IMG/VR virus record: IMGVR_UViG_3300049732_000020
Span: 1-29,971 of that record
Source: a virus
Lineage: Duplodnaviria > Caudoviricetes
Length of the DNA stretch: 29,971 nt
Direction: 5' to 3' (one strand)
In this document: piece by piece, positions 6,163 to 14,692 of the stretch
Layout of the letters: each line of letters starts with the position of its first letter
Position numbering within the stretch: position 1 is the stretch's first letter
Notes under the pieces: generated by a model
Databases searched by the model: none
The model's input: the letters and a program-made list of their open reading frames with translations, nothing else
What the model was told of the DNA's origin: nothing
Made by a program: the position numbers and the translations under genes

Positions 6163-8446
6163 CGATACCTTCTTCGACACGTTCAAGGCCCGGTGGAAGC
6201 TCGCCCGCGACGCCGAGCAGGAGCAGCGCGAGCGCGAACTCGAGGACCTCAAATTCGAAGCCGGTGAGCATTGGGACGCCAAGGTCAAGAGCGACCGCGA
6301 GCGCGACGGCAAGCCGGCGCTGACGATTGACCTGACCTCTGGCCCGATCAAGCTGGTGATGAACCAGCAGCGGATGGCGCGGCCGGGCATCACGATCAGC
6401 CCGGTGGGCCACGGCACCGACCCGAAGAAGGCGGAATACTGGCAAGGCATCATCCGGCGCATTGAGCGGCTATCTGGCGCTGGACGTGCCTATACGTGGG
6501 CCGGCCAGCATCAGGTCAAGATGGGCCGCGGGTTCTGGAAGGTGCTGTCGCAGTGGGTGGGCTCAGGGTTCAAGCAGGACATCCGCATCCACGAGATCGA
6601 CAACCAGCACACGGTCTACTGCGACCCGACGACCAAGAAGCTCGACGGCTCCGACAAGCGATGGGCGATCGTCTGGTGTGACTACACGCACGAGGACTAC
6701 ATCGCGCTCTACGGCGAGTCGAAGTTGTCGGAGGCGATTGCGACGAAGGCGTGGCAGAGCGTCGGGGACAGCCCGCCGGAGTGGATCACGTCGAAGCATT
6801 GCCGCGTCGCGGAGTACTACTACCTCGAGCCGGAGACGCGCGAGAAGTGGCTCCTGAGCACGGGCGAGGAAGTCTGGGCGGACGAAGTGCCGACGACGGC
6901 AGGCCGCGAGAAGGGCAAGTTCGCGAAGGTGCCGGCGTTGCCGGACGGCGTGTCGATCCACATGAAGCGGGACGTCACGACGGATCGCGTGCAGTGCTGC
7001 ATCCTCAACGGGATGGGCGAGAAGCTCGAAGAGAAGCGGATCCCTGGTGAGTTGATCCCTGTCGTGCAGATTTACGGCGAACGGCGGAACATCGACGGCA
7101 AGGTGGACTACCGCGGCATGGTCCGGATGGCGAAGGACGCCAACCGCATGGAGGACTTCTGCGAATCCTCGCTCATGGAGGCGATCGGGAACGCGAAGAC
7201 GGCGCCCTGGCTTGCGGAGTGGACGCAGATCGCGGACTTCGCCGAGATTTGGCAGACGAGCAATCGCGTGTCGTATGCGGTGCTGCCCTACAAGGCGCAG
7301 ACGGTCAACGGCGCCGCGCTGCCGCCCCCGATCCGTGTGCCGGCCGGCGTGGACGTCTCGCACATCACGCTCGCGGCGCAGCGGATGCAGAATCACGTCC
7401 GCACCATCGCCGGGCAGCAGGACGTCTTCAGCAACGAGAGCGCGGCCGAACAGGGGCGCTTGTCGGGTCGAGCGTACAACTTCCGCCGGCAGCAGCAGGA
7501 ACTCGGGACCTCCGACTACATGGAGAACCTGGGCGACGGGATCGTGCTGACCGCCAAGATCATCATGGGCCAGGCGCGCGAGATTTACGACACGCCGCAG
7601 ATTCTCCGGATTGTCGGCGCGGACGAGAAAGAATCCGCGGTGGTCACGTATCTCGGGCCGGAGCAGGAGCAAGCCGCGCAAGGGATGCTGACGCAATCCA
7701 TTACCGAGATGATGGACCTCTCCGGCGAGCCGGACGACTTCGACGTCGCGGTGAGTGCGGGCAAGCGCCACGACACGGCCCGACAGGAGACGGTAGACAC
7801 GCTGGTGGACTTGATCCCGCGGCTGCAGGATCCGAAGATGCAGCAGGACGCGACGGTGGCGCTGGTCAAGAACATGGACGGCGCCGGGATGCAGGAACTC
7901 GCGGCCAAGTGGGATCCGGAGTCACAAGGCGACGTCGATCCGCGGGCCTTGGCGCAAGAGAACGCGGCACTCAAGCAGCAGTTGATGCAGGCGAGCCAGA
8001 TCATCGAGACTGATCAGGTCAAGCAGCAGGCGTCGATCGAAGTGGCCCGCATGAACAACGAGGCCAAGGTCACGCTGGAGAAGATGAAGCTGGACGCCGA
8101 GATCGCGATTCAGCAGATGAAGCTGGAAGCGGAGCGGGCCAAGACGCTGTTCCAGGCGAGCACGCAACGGGTCAGCGACCGCGAGGGGCGTGACTTCGAG
8201 TTCGGCGAGGCCGAGCGCGGACGCGCGCATGACATCGGGATGGCGGAGCGCACGGCGCGGCAGGCCGAGCGGCAACTGGACCGGAACGCCGCGCTGGCCT
8301 ATACGCAGTCGGAAGTGGACGCGCAGCACGCGCAGGACCAAGCGGCACAGGGGCACGAATACGCGCTGGAGGAAGGCGCACAGCAGGCGGACGCGGCCAT
8401 GCAACAGTTGAAGGCGCAGCCGAGGCCGAACGGGTCTGGGGCGTGA
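6152..8446 (+). CDS. Portal protein (P22 gp1-like)
   Basis: EDLKFEAGEHWD...KPALTI, GRGFWKV, RGMVRMAKDANR, SGRA..RRQQQ, IYDTPQILRIVGAD, FDVAVSAG; Q/A-rich C-terminal barrel. Confidence 0.95.
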   Translation: MASNDTFFDTFKARWKLARDAEQEQRERELEDLKFEAGEHWDAKVKSDRERDGKPALTIDLTSGPIKLVMNQQRMARPGITISPVGHGTDPKKAEYWQGIIRRIERLSGAGRAYTWAGQHQVKMGRGFWKVLSQWVGSGFKQDIRIHEIDNQHTVYCDPTTKKLDGSDKRWAIVWCDYTHEDYIALYGESKLSEAIATKAWQSVGDSPPEWITSKHCRVAEYYYLEPETREKWLLSTGEEVWADEVPTTAGREKGKFAKVPALPDGVSIHMKRDVTTDRVQCCILNGMGEKLEEKRIPGELIPVVQIYGERRNIDGKVDYRGMVRMAKDANRMEDFCESSLMEAIGNAKTAPWLAEWTQIADFAEIWQTSNRVSYAVLPYKAQTVNGAALPPPIRVPAGVDVSHITLAAQRMQNHVRTIAGQQDVFSNESAAEQGRLSGRAYNFRRQQQELGTSDYMENLGDGIVLTAKIIMGQAREIYDTPQILRIVGADEKESAVVTYLGPEQEQAAQGMLTQSITEMMDLSGEPDDFDVAVSAGKRHDTARQETVDTLVDLIPRLQDPKMQQDATVALVKNMDGAGMQELAAKWDPESQGDVDPRALAQENAALKQQLMQASQIIETDQVKQQASIEVARMNNEAKVTLEKMKLDAEIAIQQMKLEAERAKTLFQASTQRVSDREGRDFEFGEAERGRAHDIGMAERTARQAERQLDRNAALAYTQSEVDAQHAQDQAAQGHEYALEEGAQQADAAMQQLKAQPRPNGSGA

Positions 8447-8649
8447 GGCGGCCAAGGTTCACATCGATTGATGACGGGTGGAGCGCACATGATTATCCCA
8501 AGGGCCGCGTTGAGCGCATCTGGGGCGCTCATAAGCTTCCGACGCGCGACCAAGTCCGGGCGGTAACGGCCCGCGCGTGGGGATGTGGGCCAGCGAACGC
8601 CTTTCGGCAGGCGCTGCAAACGAGCGTTGCCATTGGGAGGCACGAGTGA
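8443..8649 (+). CDS. Hypothetical protein
   Basis: GTGA overlaps at both ends. Confidence 0.45.
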   Translation: MRRPRFTSIDDGWSAHDYPKGRVERIWGAHKLPTRDQVRAVTARAWGCGPANAFRQALQTSVAIGRHE

Positions 8650-8849
8650 GCATCAACGCGAAAGTCTCCGGCCGCGAGATGCGTCGGCGCATGCTGGTTC
8701 ACGACCACGCGACCGGCGAGGCGCTCGCGGCGCTCGAGAAGAACGCGGTGTTCGATCGCGCGCTGATTGCGGAAGTGAATCGGCGACTGGATGCCTTGCT
8801 GACGCGTGGACTACTGGAGCGCATGCGATGGCTGCTGATCGGACGATAA
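8646..8849 (+). CDS. Hypothetical protein
   Basis: GGAGG SD then GTG; MSINAKVSGREMRRR...RMRWLLIGR. Confidence 0.65.
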   Translation: MSINAKVSGREMRRRMLVHDHATGEALAALEKNAVFDRALIAEVNRRLDALLTRGLLERMRWLLIGR

Positions 8850-9016
8850 CCGACCGCGAGCTGCTCGAGGAATCCGTGCGGCACCTCGAGTCGGTGCTGG
8901 CGCGCGTGCAACGGGCGCTCGAGATTCTGCGCCAGCCGGCAGACGCCGCGGTGCTGCTGGACCAGATTGACGAGGCTGTGGCGATCCTGACCGAAGTGGT
9001 CGGTGACGACGACTGA
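8828..9016 (+). CDS. Hypothetical helical protein
   Basis: GGAG SD then ATG; amphipathic helices; high GC3. Confidence 0.6.
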   Translation: MAADRTITDRELLEESVRHLESVLARVQRALEILRQPADAAVLLDQIDEAVAILTEVVGDDD

Positions 9017-9031
9017 GCATGGGAGGCCTGC

Positions 9032-9076
9032 ATGGGCAAGAAGAAGACCGGCAAGGGCGGACGTCGAGACTGTTGA
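9032..9076 (+). CDS. 14-aa basic micropeptide MGKKKTGKGGRRDC
   Basis: GGGAGG SD (9021-9026); its TGA overlaps the TTG of the next ORF. Confidence 0.45.
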   Translation: MGKKKTGKGGRRDC

Positions 9077-9222
9077 CGTTCGCTGAGTGGCTGTCAGAGC
9101 TGCACGCGCGCAAGTACACCGGACCCGTGGTCGTGCAGTTCGGGGAGGGCGTGCCGAACGAGGTGGAGATGCCGAGGCCACCTGATAGGATTCGCTTGAC
9201 GCGCATGAAAGCAGGCGCGTAG
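9073..9222 (+). CDS. Small DUF2292/YezD-like protein (alternative start at 9019)
   Basis: LSELHARKYTGPVVVQFGEGVPNEVE helix plus beta-hairpin pattern; precedes a structured leader. Confidence 0.55.
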   Translation: MTFAEWLSELHARKYTGPVVVQFGEGVPNEVEMPRPPDRIRLTRMKAGA

Positions 9223-9225
9223 ACT
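9196..9225 (+). promoter_or_regulatory. Candidate sigma70 promoter
   Basis: TTGACG (9196-9201), 18-bp spacer, TAGACT (9220-9225). Confidence 0.55.
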
Positions 9226-9414
9226 TGACATCATCGGTACGCTCGCGCGGTTGCGGGCGCGGACGAGGAGATTAAATCGGGTACGCCCAACGTCTGCGGG
9301 TGCCCGACAAAGGGGCAGGCTGGGCGCGGGACGCAGCGCGCGTTAACCAGCCTTCCCCGAATTAACTGAATAGCCTCAAGACAAGACCACGCCTCGCGGC
9401 GCGGTGAATTGCAC

Positions 9415-9459
9415 AAGGCCGGTTCTCAGAGCATCGCTCTGGGGCCGGCCTTTTTGTTT
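9415..9459 (+). terminator. Intrinsic terminator/attenuator just before the scaffold gene
   Basis: AAGGCCGGTTCTCAGAGC-ATC-GCTCTGGGGCCGGCC followed by TTTTTGTTT. Confidence 0.8.
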
Positions 9460-9465
9460 GTACTT

Positions 9466-10446
9466 ATGGCAACAGCAGTCGCAGTCGATACGTCACTCAA
9501 AGCGCACATTGCGGCCGAAGAGGCCGCTGTGGAGTCTCCTGCTGCGCCTCCCGAGGTGCCGGCGGTCGAGACGCCTACGCCCGCGCCGGAGACGCCGGTT
9601 GAAGCGAGCGCCGAGGACGAAGCGAATAGCGCGAAGCCGGACGCGGAGCTGACGGCCGCAGCGAAGACGCTTCGCAAGAATCGCTACGACGAACGAGTGA
9701 AACGCAAGCGCGAGGAGAACGATGACCTCGCCCGCGAACTCGCCCGTGGCAGACAGTTGCGCAGTGAATGGGATCGGGAGTCGCGCCCCGCTCAGCCCCG
9801 CACAGCAGCCGGGCCTCTGCCTGCTGGTACGGCCACCTCCGAGCGGTTCTCGTTCCCTGACTACGACGTGTGGGCGCAGCACGGCGACAACGCCAGCAAG
9901 CCCTTCTCGGCGTGGATGGACGAACGCGACGACGCGCGGGATGTGTGGAAAGAGTCTCGGCGCGCGGTTGGCGAGCGCCGGGAGGCCACGACTCGGCACC
10001 TGACCGAACGGGCGTCAGCCCTCGATCAGATGCAGGAGAAGGGGCAAGGCAAGTACGCCGACTTCGACGCCGTCGTGGACGTGGTACTTGACGCGTTCCG
10101 CGAGAACCCGCGTGCCCAAGCCGTCTCCGATTTCATCGCCACGTCGAAAGCGGGCGATGACCTCGTCTACCGGCTCGGGAAGGACACAGAGAAACTGACG
10201 GCGGTTAGTCGCGCCTCGTTCTCGGACGTGTTCCGCACGCTTTCGGCGATCGAGTCCGACATCCTGGCGCCTGCGAAGGCGCCGCCACCATTGACCCGTG
10301 CGCCGGCCCCGCTCTCGAAGCCTGTGGGCGCAGGCGCGTCAGCCTCCACCGTCGATACCAACAAGCCCGGAACCTCGCTCAAGGATCACATCCGGATCGA
10401 GGAAGCGGACATCGCGGAGCGTCGGCGGCAGGGCTACAGGGAATAA
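9466..10446 (+). CDS. Capsid scaffolding protein
   Basis: Between portal and coat; P/E/A-rich N-terminus, coiled coils, KYADFDAVV, LVYRLGK, TRAPAPL. ATG 9466 preferred over TTG 9409, which lies at the terminator. Confidence 0.88.
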   Translation: MATAVAVDTSLKAHIAAEEAAVESPAAPPEVPAVETPTPAPETPVEASAEDEANSAKPDAELTAAAKTLRKNRYDERVKRKREENDDLARELARGRQLRSEWDRESRPAQPRTAAGPLPAGTATSERFSFPDYDVWAQHGDNASKPFSAWMDERDDARDVWKESRRAVGERREATTRHLTERASALDQMQEKGQGKYADFDAVVDVVLDAFRENPRAQAVSDFIATSKAGDDLVYRLGKDTEKLTAVSRASFSDVFRTLSAIESDILAPAKAPPPLTRAPAPLSKPVGAGASASTVDTNKPGTSLKDHIRIEEADIAERRRQGYRE

Positions 10447-10449
10447 GCC

Positions 10450-11691
10450 ATGAATAGTCCGATTACCCCACAGTGGGTGATCAATGACATCGCGCGGGAG
10501 TTTCGTAACCGCACGATTCTGACGGACGCCGCCGATCGCTCCTATGACGACCAGTTTATGGTCAAGGGCGCGCATGTCGGGGCGCAGATCCAGGCACGTC
10601 TGCCGTTCCGCCCGCGTGGCGCGTTCGGCGCGTCGCTGGCCGTCCAGAACGTCATCGATCAGACCACGCCGCTGACGATCAGCAAGCAGTACAACTCGGG
10701 CGTACAGCTCTCCAGCTACGTGCTGTCGCTTGAGAAGTCCGAGATCCGCCGCACCGTCATCAACCCGGTCGTGAATCACATCGTGCAGAAGATGGAAGCC
10801 GATGGGTTCTCGACGCTCTACAAGCGCATCCCGAACTCGATTGGCACGCTGGCGACCTCACCGACCGCAAACCTGACCTACTCGCAGGGCGTCGCGAAGC
10901 TCAACGACATGATGGGCAGCGCGAATGACCTGACCGCGGTGCTGTCGTCGGACCAGGCGGCGGTGCTGGCTGACGCACAGAAGGGCAACGCCAACCCCGG
11001 CTTCGGCTCGTCTGAGTCGTTCAAGCCGAAGAATGGCAAGTTCCTGGGGCCGATGGCGCTGGGCGTCGAGCGGTGGGCGGCCTCACCGAACGTCGCGATT
11101 CACACCACGGGCAGTTTCGGCTCGTCCACGCCGCTGGTCAACGTGGCCGGTGGCGTCGCGGAAGGCGCGGCGTCGGTCGTGACGGACGGCTTCAACGCGG
11201 ATACGGCGCTCGTCGAGGGCGACATCTTCACGTTCGCCGGCGTCTACGAAGTGAACTCTGCCAACTTCGCGAGCACGGGGCGACTGCGGCAGTTCACGCT
11301 GATCGCGGCAGCGAGCGGGGCGACGCCGACCTTGGCGTTCTCTCCGGCGGTCTACGCGTCAGGTCCGCAGCAGAACGTCAACGCGCTGCCGGCCGACAAC
11401 GCGGCGATCACGGTGTGGGCGGCGAACCCGTCCAACGGCACCCTGGCCGCGACCGCGAGCAAACAGGGCCTCATCTTCGCGCCCGGCACAGTGGTCCTGT
11501 GCATGGCGGACGCGGAAACCGTGGACGCGCCCGTGTGCGTGTTCGCGCGAGACGCAGAGGCGGGCATCTCGATGCGGCTCACCAAGAGCTTCGACATCAG
11601 AGACGACCAGAACCTCGCGCGTCTCGACATCTTCTACGGCTGGAATCTGATCCGGCCGGAGTGGGGCGCCCTGCGCGTCCAGGGAGCGTAG
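10450..11691 (+). CDS. Major capsid protein (P22 gp5-like)
   Basis: DRSYDDQF..KGAHVGAQIQARLP, GDIFTFAGVYEVN...TGRLRQF insertion domain, GISMRL...RLDIFYGW. Confidence 0.95.
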   Translation: MNSPITPQWVINDIAREFRNRTILTDAADRSYDDQFMVKGAHVGAQIQARLPFRPRGAFGASLAVQNVIDQTTPLTISKQYNSGVQLSSYVLSLEKSEIRRTVINPVVNHIVQKMEADGFSTLYKRIPNSIGTLATSPTANLTYSQGVAKLNDMMGSANDLTAVLSSDQAAVLADAQKGNANPGFGSSESFKPKNGKFLGPMALGVERWAASPNVAIHTTGSFGSSTPLVNVAGGVAEGAASVVTDGFNADTALVEGDIFTFAGVYEVNSANFASTGRLRQFTLIAAASGATPTLAFSPAVYASGPQQNVNALPADNAAITVWAANPSNGTLAATASKQGLIFAPGTVVLCMADAETVDAPVCVFARDAEAGISMRLTKSFDIRDDQNLARLDIFYGWNLIRPEWGALRVQGA

Positions 11692-11693
11692 TC

Positions 11694-12461
11694 ATGCCGA
11701 TTACTTCACTGTCAACGACTACGACCTCGGCGGCTGTTGACAACAGCCAGACCCGGTTTCAGGTCGGCTCGACGTCGGGGATCAACGGGCTCGGCTCGCT
11801 GACCACGCCGCAGTCGGTGCTGATTGTCGGCAACGAAGCGATGGCGGTGCTCAGTGTGCCGGCGTCGGGCTTCGTCGAGGTGGCGCGCGGGTTTGCGGGC
11901 ACGCAGGCGCACGCGTGGGCGTCTGGGGCAACGGTGTACATCGGCACGCGGGCCAATTTCGACTTCACGCGCGGGCCGTGGCACCAGAACCGCGTCGCGC
12001 TGGCAGGCAATGCGGGCGTGTTGCCCGATTACGTCCTGCCGCTCAACGGCACACAGGTGGACCCGGCCACGGGCTACGAGTACGTGCTGGTGGATTACAG
12101 CGCGGCGATGGCGATCGGGGCGTGGGTGGTCATCTCGGGGGCCGGAGCGGCCACCCCGCTGGCGTCCACGTCGAAGGGTCGCGTCGGCGTGGTCATCGAG
12201 ACGATCGGCGCCTCCGATTTGACCGGCTGGGTCCTCGTGGCAGGGCAGTTCACCAGCGCGCAGTTCACGTCCGCGGTCACTACGGCGTGTGACCTGATTG
12301 CGGGCGCGGCGATTGCCGACATCCTCACGACGGATGGCGGCAACATCATCGAGCGCGCGTCGTGTATCAGTGCGCCGTCGAGCGCTACCGACTACGGCAC
12401 GGTCTACATGGATCATCCGTGGGTCAACGGCGTGGCGAAGGCGTTCTCGTCCAACGTGTAA
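11694..12461 (+). CDS. Putative capsid decoration/cement protein
   Basis: GGAG SD, directly after the coat gene; beta-rich, NEAM.V...VARGFAGTQAHA plus a second cement-like domain. Confidence 0.7.
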   Translation: MPITSLSTTTTSAAVDNSQTRFQVGSTSGINGLGSLTTPQSVLIVGNEAMAVLSVPASGFVEVARGFAGTQAHAWASGATVYIGTRANFDFTRGPWHQNRVALAGNAGVLPDYVLPLNGTQVDPATGYEYVLVDYSAAMAIGAWVVISGAGAATPLASTSKGRVGVVIETIGASDLTGWVLVAGQFTSAQFTSAVTTACDLIAGAAIADILTTDGGNIIERASCISAPSSATDYGTVYMDHPWVNGVAKAFSSNV

Positions 12462-12469
12462 CACACCGA

Positions 12470-12503
12470 ACCGGGGGCAGGAGCGATCCTGCCTCCGGTG
12501 TTT
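12470..12503 (+). terminator. Stem-loop after the head genes (weak terminator or mRNA stabiliser)
   Basis: ACCGGGGGCAGGA-GCGA-TCCTGCCTCCGGT, GNRA loop, short GTTT tail. Confidence 0.6.
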
Positions 12504-12512
12504 CGAGGATGC

Positions 12513-13682
12513 ATGATTCGACTGCCGGGGGCGCCGCGACAGGCCATCGCTCGACCCGATGCGCTAGGACCAGGCCGCACGCGGAAGATTGGCATCATCG
12601 GCACCGCGCCGGGCACGCTGAAGTATGCCCCGGTCGATGACCCCGAGTGGATCTTCGTCGGCAACAGCAGCGCGGTGAATGCGTTCCCGGCCGATCGGCT
12701 GGACGCCATCATCGATACCCACCCAGCGCATTGCTACACCGAAGGCCGCAAGAACGGCTTCGTCGATTACTACGACTATCTGCGACGGTCGCGCATTCCG
12801 GTGTTCATGCAGGACGTCGTGAAAGACATTCCGACGTCGATGAAGTTCCCGCGGGAGCAGATCAAGCAGCAGTATCCGTACGAGTTCGGCTCGATGACGG
12901 CGCAGTTTATCGGCTGGGCGTTGTTGCAGGGCGTGACGCATCTCGGGTTCTGGGGCTGCGAGTACTGGGACATCGAGTACTTCGACCAGCGGCCGATGAC
13001 CGTGTTCTGGATCGGGCTTGCTGCGGGGAAGGGCGTGCAGATCGTCCTGCCGCCGAACTCGACGCTCCTGAAGAACGCGCAGATGCAGGCGGATTGGGAG
13101 CAGCGGCGGCTCACGGTGGCGTTGTGCGGCGATTACGCCTACGACACGCACTCGACACCTGAGAAGTACGCGGCGCTGAAGGCCAAGTACAAGGAACTGA
13201 AGCAGCACGCGTTCTCGAAGCACACGCTGATCGCCGTCAACGATCCGGAGATGGCCCGCGCGGCACGGGATCTCCGCCTCTCGCTGGATCCCCGCAACGC
13301 GGAAGCGGCGGCGAAGTTCGGCGACGACAGCAAGATGCCGATCGAACTCATCGAGCAGGAACATCGCGACGCGATCGAGTTCGAAGTTGCCCAGATTCAC
13401 GCGATCGCGAACATGCCGGAGGACGCCCGTGCCCGACTACAACGAGGCCCAGCTCGCCTACTCGTTACTCAAGGACTACCACTACCTGACGGTGCCAGCC
13501 CTCAAAGCCCTGCGTGCGGTGAAGAAGGGCGAGGCCAATCTGCCGGAGTCGGTGGTGCAGACGCACCGGCTCAATGCGACGGGCTGGTTCAACCATCTGG
13601 CGATGCTGGTCACGGCGAAGTACGTGACCACGGAGATGTTTTTGTTCGTAGCGACGAAGCAGGCGGCGCGGCTGTGGCTTGA
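12513..13682 (+). CDS. Maf/DUF115-like (sialyltransferase-type fold) putative glycosyltransferase
   Basis: GAGGA SD then ATG 12513; KIGIIGTAPGT, IFVGN, SMTAQFIGWALLQGVTHLGFWGCE patterns. The last ~85 codons overlap the next gene. Confidence 0.6.
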   Translation: MIRLPGAPRQAIARPDALGPGRTRKIGIIGTAPGTLKYAPVDDPEWIFVGNSSAVNAFPADRLDAIIDTHPAHCYTEGRKNGFVDYYDYLRRSRIPVFMQDVVKDIPTSMKFPREQIKQQYPYEFGSMTAQFIGWALLQGVTHLGFWGCEYWDIEYFDQRPMTVFWIGLAAGKGVQIVLPPNSTLLKNAQMQADWEQRRLTVALCGDYAYDTHSTPEKYAALKAKYKELKQHAFSKHTLIAVNDPEMARAARDLRLSLDPRNAEAAAKFGDDSKMPIELIEQEHRDAIEFEVAQIHAIANMPEDARARLQRGPARLLVTQGLPLPDGASPQSPACGEEGRGQSAGVGGADAPAQCDGLVQPSGDAGHGEVRDHGDVFVRSDEAGGAAVA

Positions 13683-13854
13683 GTACGTCGCGCCGCTCGA
13701 TCGCGTGGTCCGCGGGGAGCCGTACGACATTCCCTCGGACAACCCGGTCGAGAAGTTCTGGCGCGACTACGTCGAAGGCGGGAAGGTCGCGGTCATGAAG
13801 GCGATCACCGCGGTGGGCGAAGAGAAGAAGGCGCGGGAGTCGGTGACGCATTGA
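13429..13854 (+). CDS. Hypothetical helical protein (DUF4760-like)
   Basis: GGAGG SD then GTG; WFNHLAMLV...LWLEYVAPL; high GC3 in this frame. Confidence 0.65.
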   Translation: MPDYNEAQLAYSLLKDYHYLTVPALKALRAVKKGEANLPESVVQTHRLNATGWFNHLAMLVTAKYVTTEMFLFVATKQAARLWLEYVAPLDRVVRGEPYDIPSDNPVEKFWRDYVEGGKVAVMKAITAVGEEKKARESVTH

Positions 13855-14480
13855 TGGAGCTCGTTAACCGCGTGCGCGAGGTCGGCCTGGCGGAAACCAC
13901 AGCCGCGGCGCTGTGGCCTGCCGAGGCCGTGGCCTGCGTCATGGCGGATGTCCGCGAGGCCGCCGAGACGGAACGCTGGCGGGAGGTCAAGGGCTTCTCG
14001 CGCAAAGTGTTCCTGCGGCAGCTCGAGCCGACCGCGCAGGGCGCCGACGCGATGGCCGAGTGTGCGCGCGTGATTCAGCCGATGGCCGAGGCCTACATCG
14101 GCGGGCCGGCGTACCTGATGCGGACGGATGCCTATCACACACGTCCCGCAATCAGTGGGGTCCGGCGGCGCTCGCAGAAATGGCATCGGGACGTGGAAGC
14201 CACGCGCGTGTTCAAGGCGTTTCTGTACGTGTCGGACGTGGATGCGCAGTGCGGGCCGTTCGAGTACGTGCTGGGCTCGAATTTCAGGCGTGGCGCGTGT
14301 CCGGCGCGCAGCTATGCCGCGCCTGATGCGACGTTCGAGGCGCACGCGTGCGTGGGGCCGTCTGGGACGGCGTTTCTGGTCGATACCGGCGGGATTCATC
14401 GGGGTGGTTTCAGTACAGGCGGAGAGCGGCTGCATGTGATGTGGACGTGGCTCCCTGGCAAGAAAGAGCGGGACGTATGA
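13854..14480 (+). CDS. 2-oxoglutarate/Fe(II) dioxygenase, PhyH-like
   Basis: SQKWHRD (HxD), KAFLYVSDV...GPFEYVLGS, DTGGIHRG (distal His), then R. Confidence 0.85.
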   Translation: MELVNRVREVGLAETTAAALWPAEAVACVMADVREAAETERWREVKGFSRKVFLRQLEPTAQGADAMAECARVIQPMAEAYIGGPAYLMRTDAYHTRPAISGVRRRSQKWHRDVEATRVFKAFLYVSDVDAQCGPFEYVLGSNFRRGACPARSYAAPDATFEAHACVGPSGTAFLVDTGGIHRGGFSTGGERLHVMWTWLPGKKERDV

Positions 14481-14692
14481 AGCCGAGCCACGCTCCGACG
14501 TGGATGTACTCCCGCGCCGGAGAATCGCGGCTCGTGACCACGCTGGCGGAACTGGCGGCGCTCGACGAGCAGGACTGGGCTGACACGCCCGCGGCGTTCC
14601 TGACGCCTCCCCCTGAGCCTGAGACGGCGCCTCCAGTTGCACCCGCGATGAAACCGAGACGGTTGCGCACGCCGTCACTGGGGGATGCCTAA
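14477..14692 (+). CDS. Small head-associated hypothetical protein
   Basis: ATGA/TAATG coupling; PTWMY...WADTP and a Pro-rich tail; position of the coat-to-gp4 ORF in P22-like phages. Confidence 0.65.
   Translation: MKPSHAPTWMYSRAGESRLVTTLAELAALDEQDWADTPAAFLTPPPEPETAPPVAPAMKPRRLRTPSLGDA

Noticed and set aside
9225-9253. Perfect TTGACA -35 element
   Set aside because: No -10 at 16-18 bp; the upstream TTGACG/TAGACT pair fits better.
9230-9410. tRNA or a known riboswitch
   Set aside because: No cloverleaf, T-loop or recognisable aptamer consensus; kept only as an unknown structured RNA.
11073-11693. Decoration-gene frame open ~620 nt upstream into the coat gene (possible frameshift fusion)
   Set aside because: No slippery heptamer seen near the coat end, the gene has its own SD and ATG at 11694, and long open alternative frames are common at this GC content.
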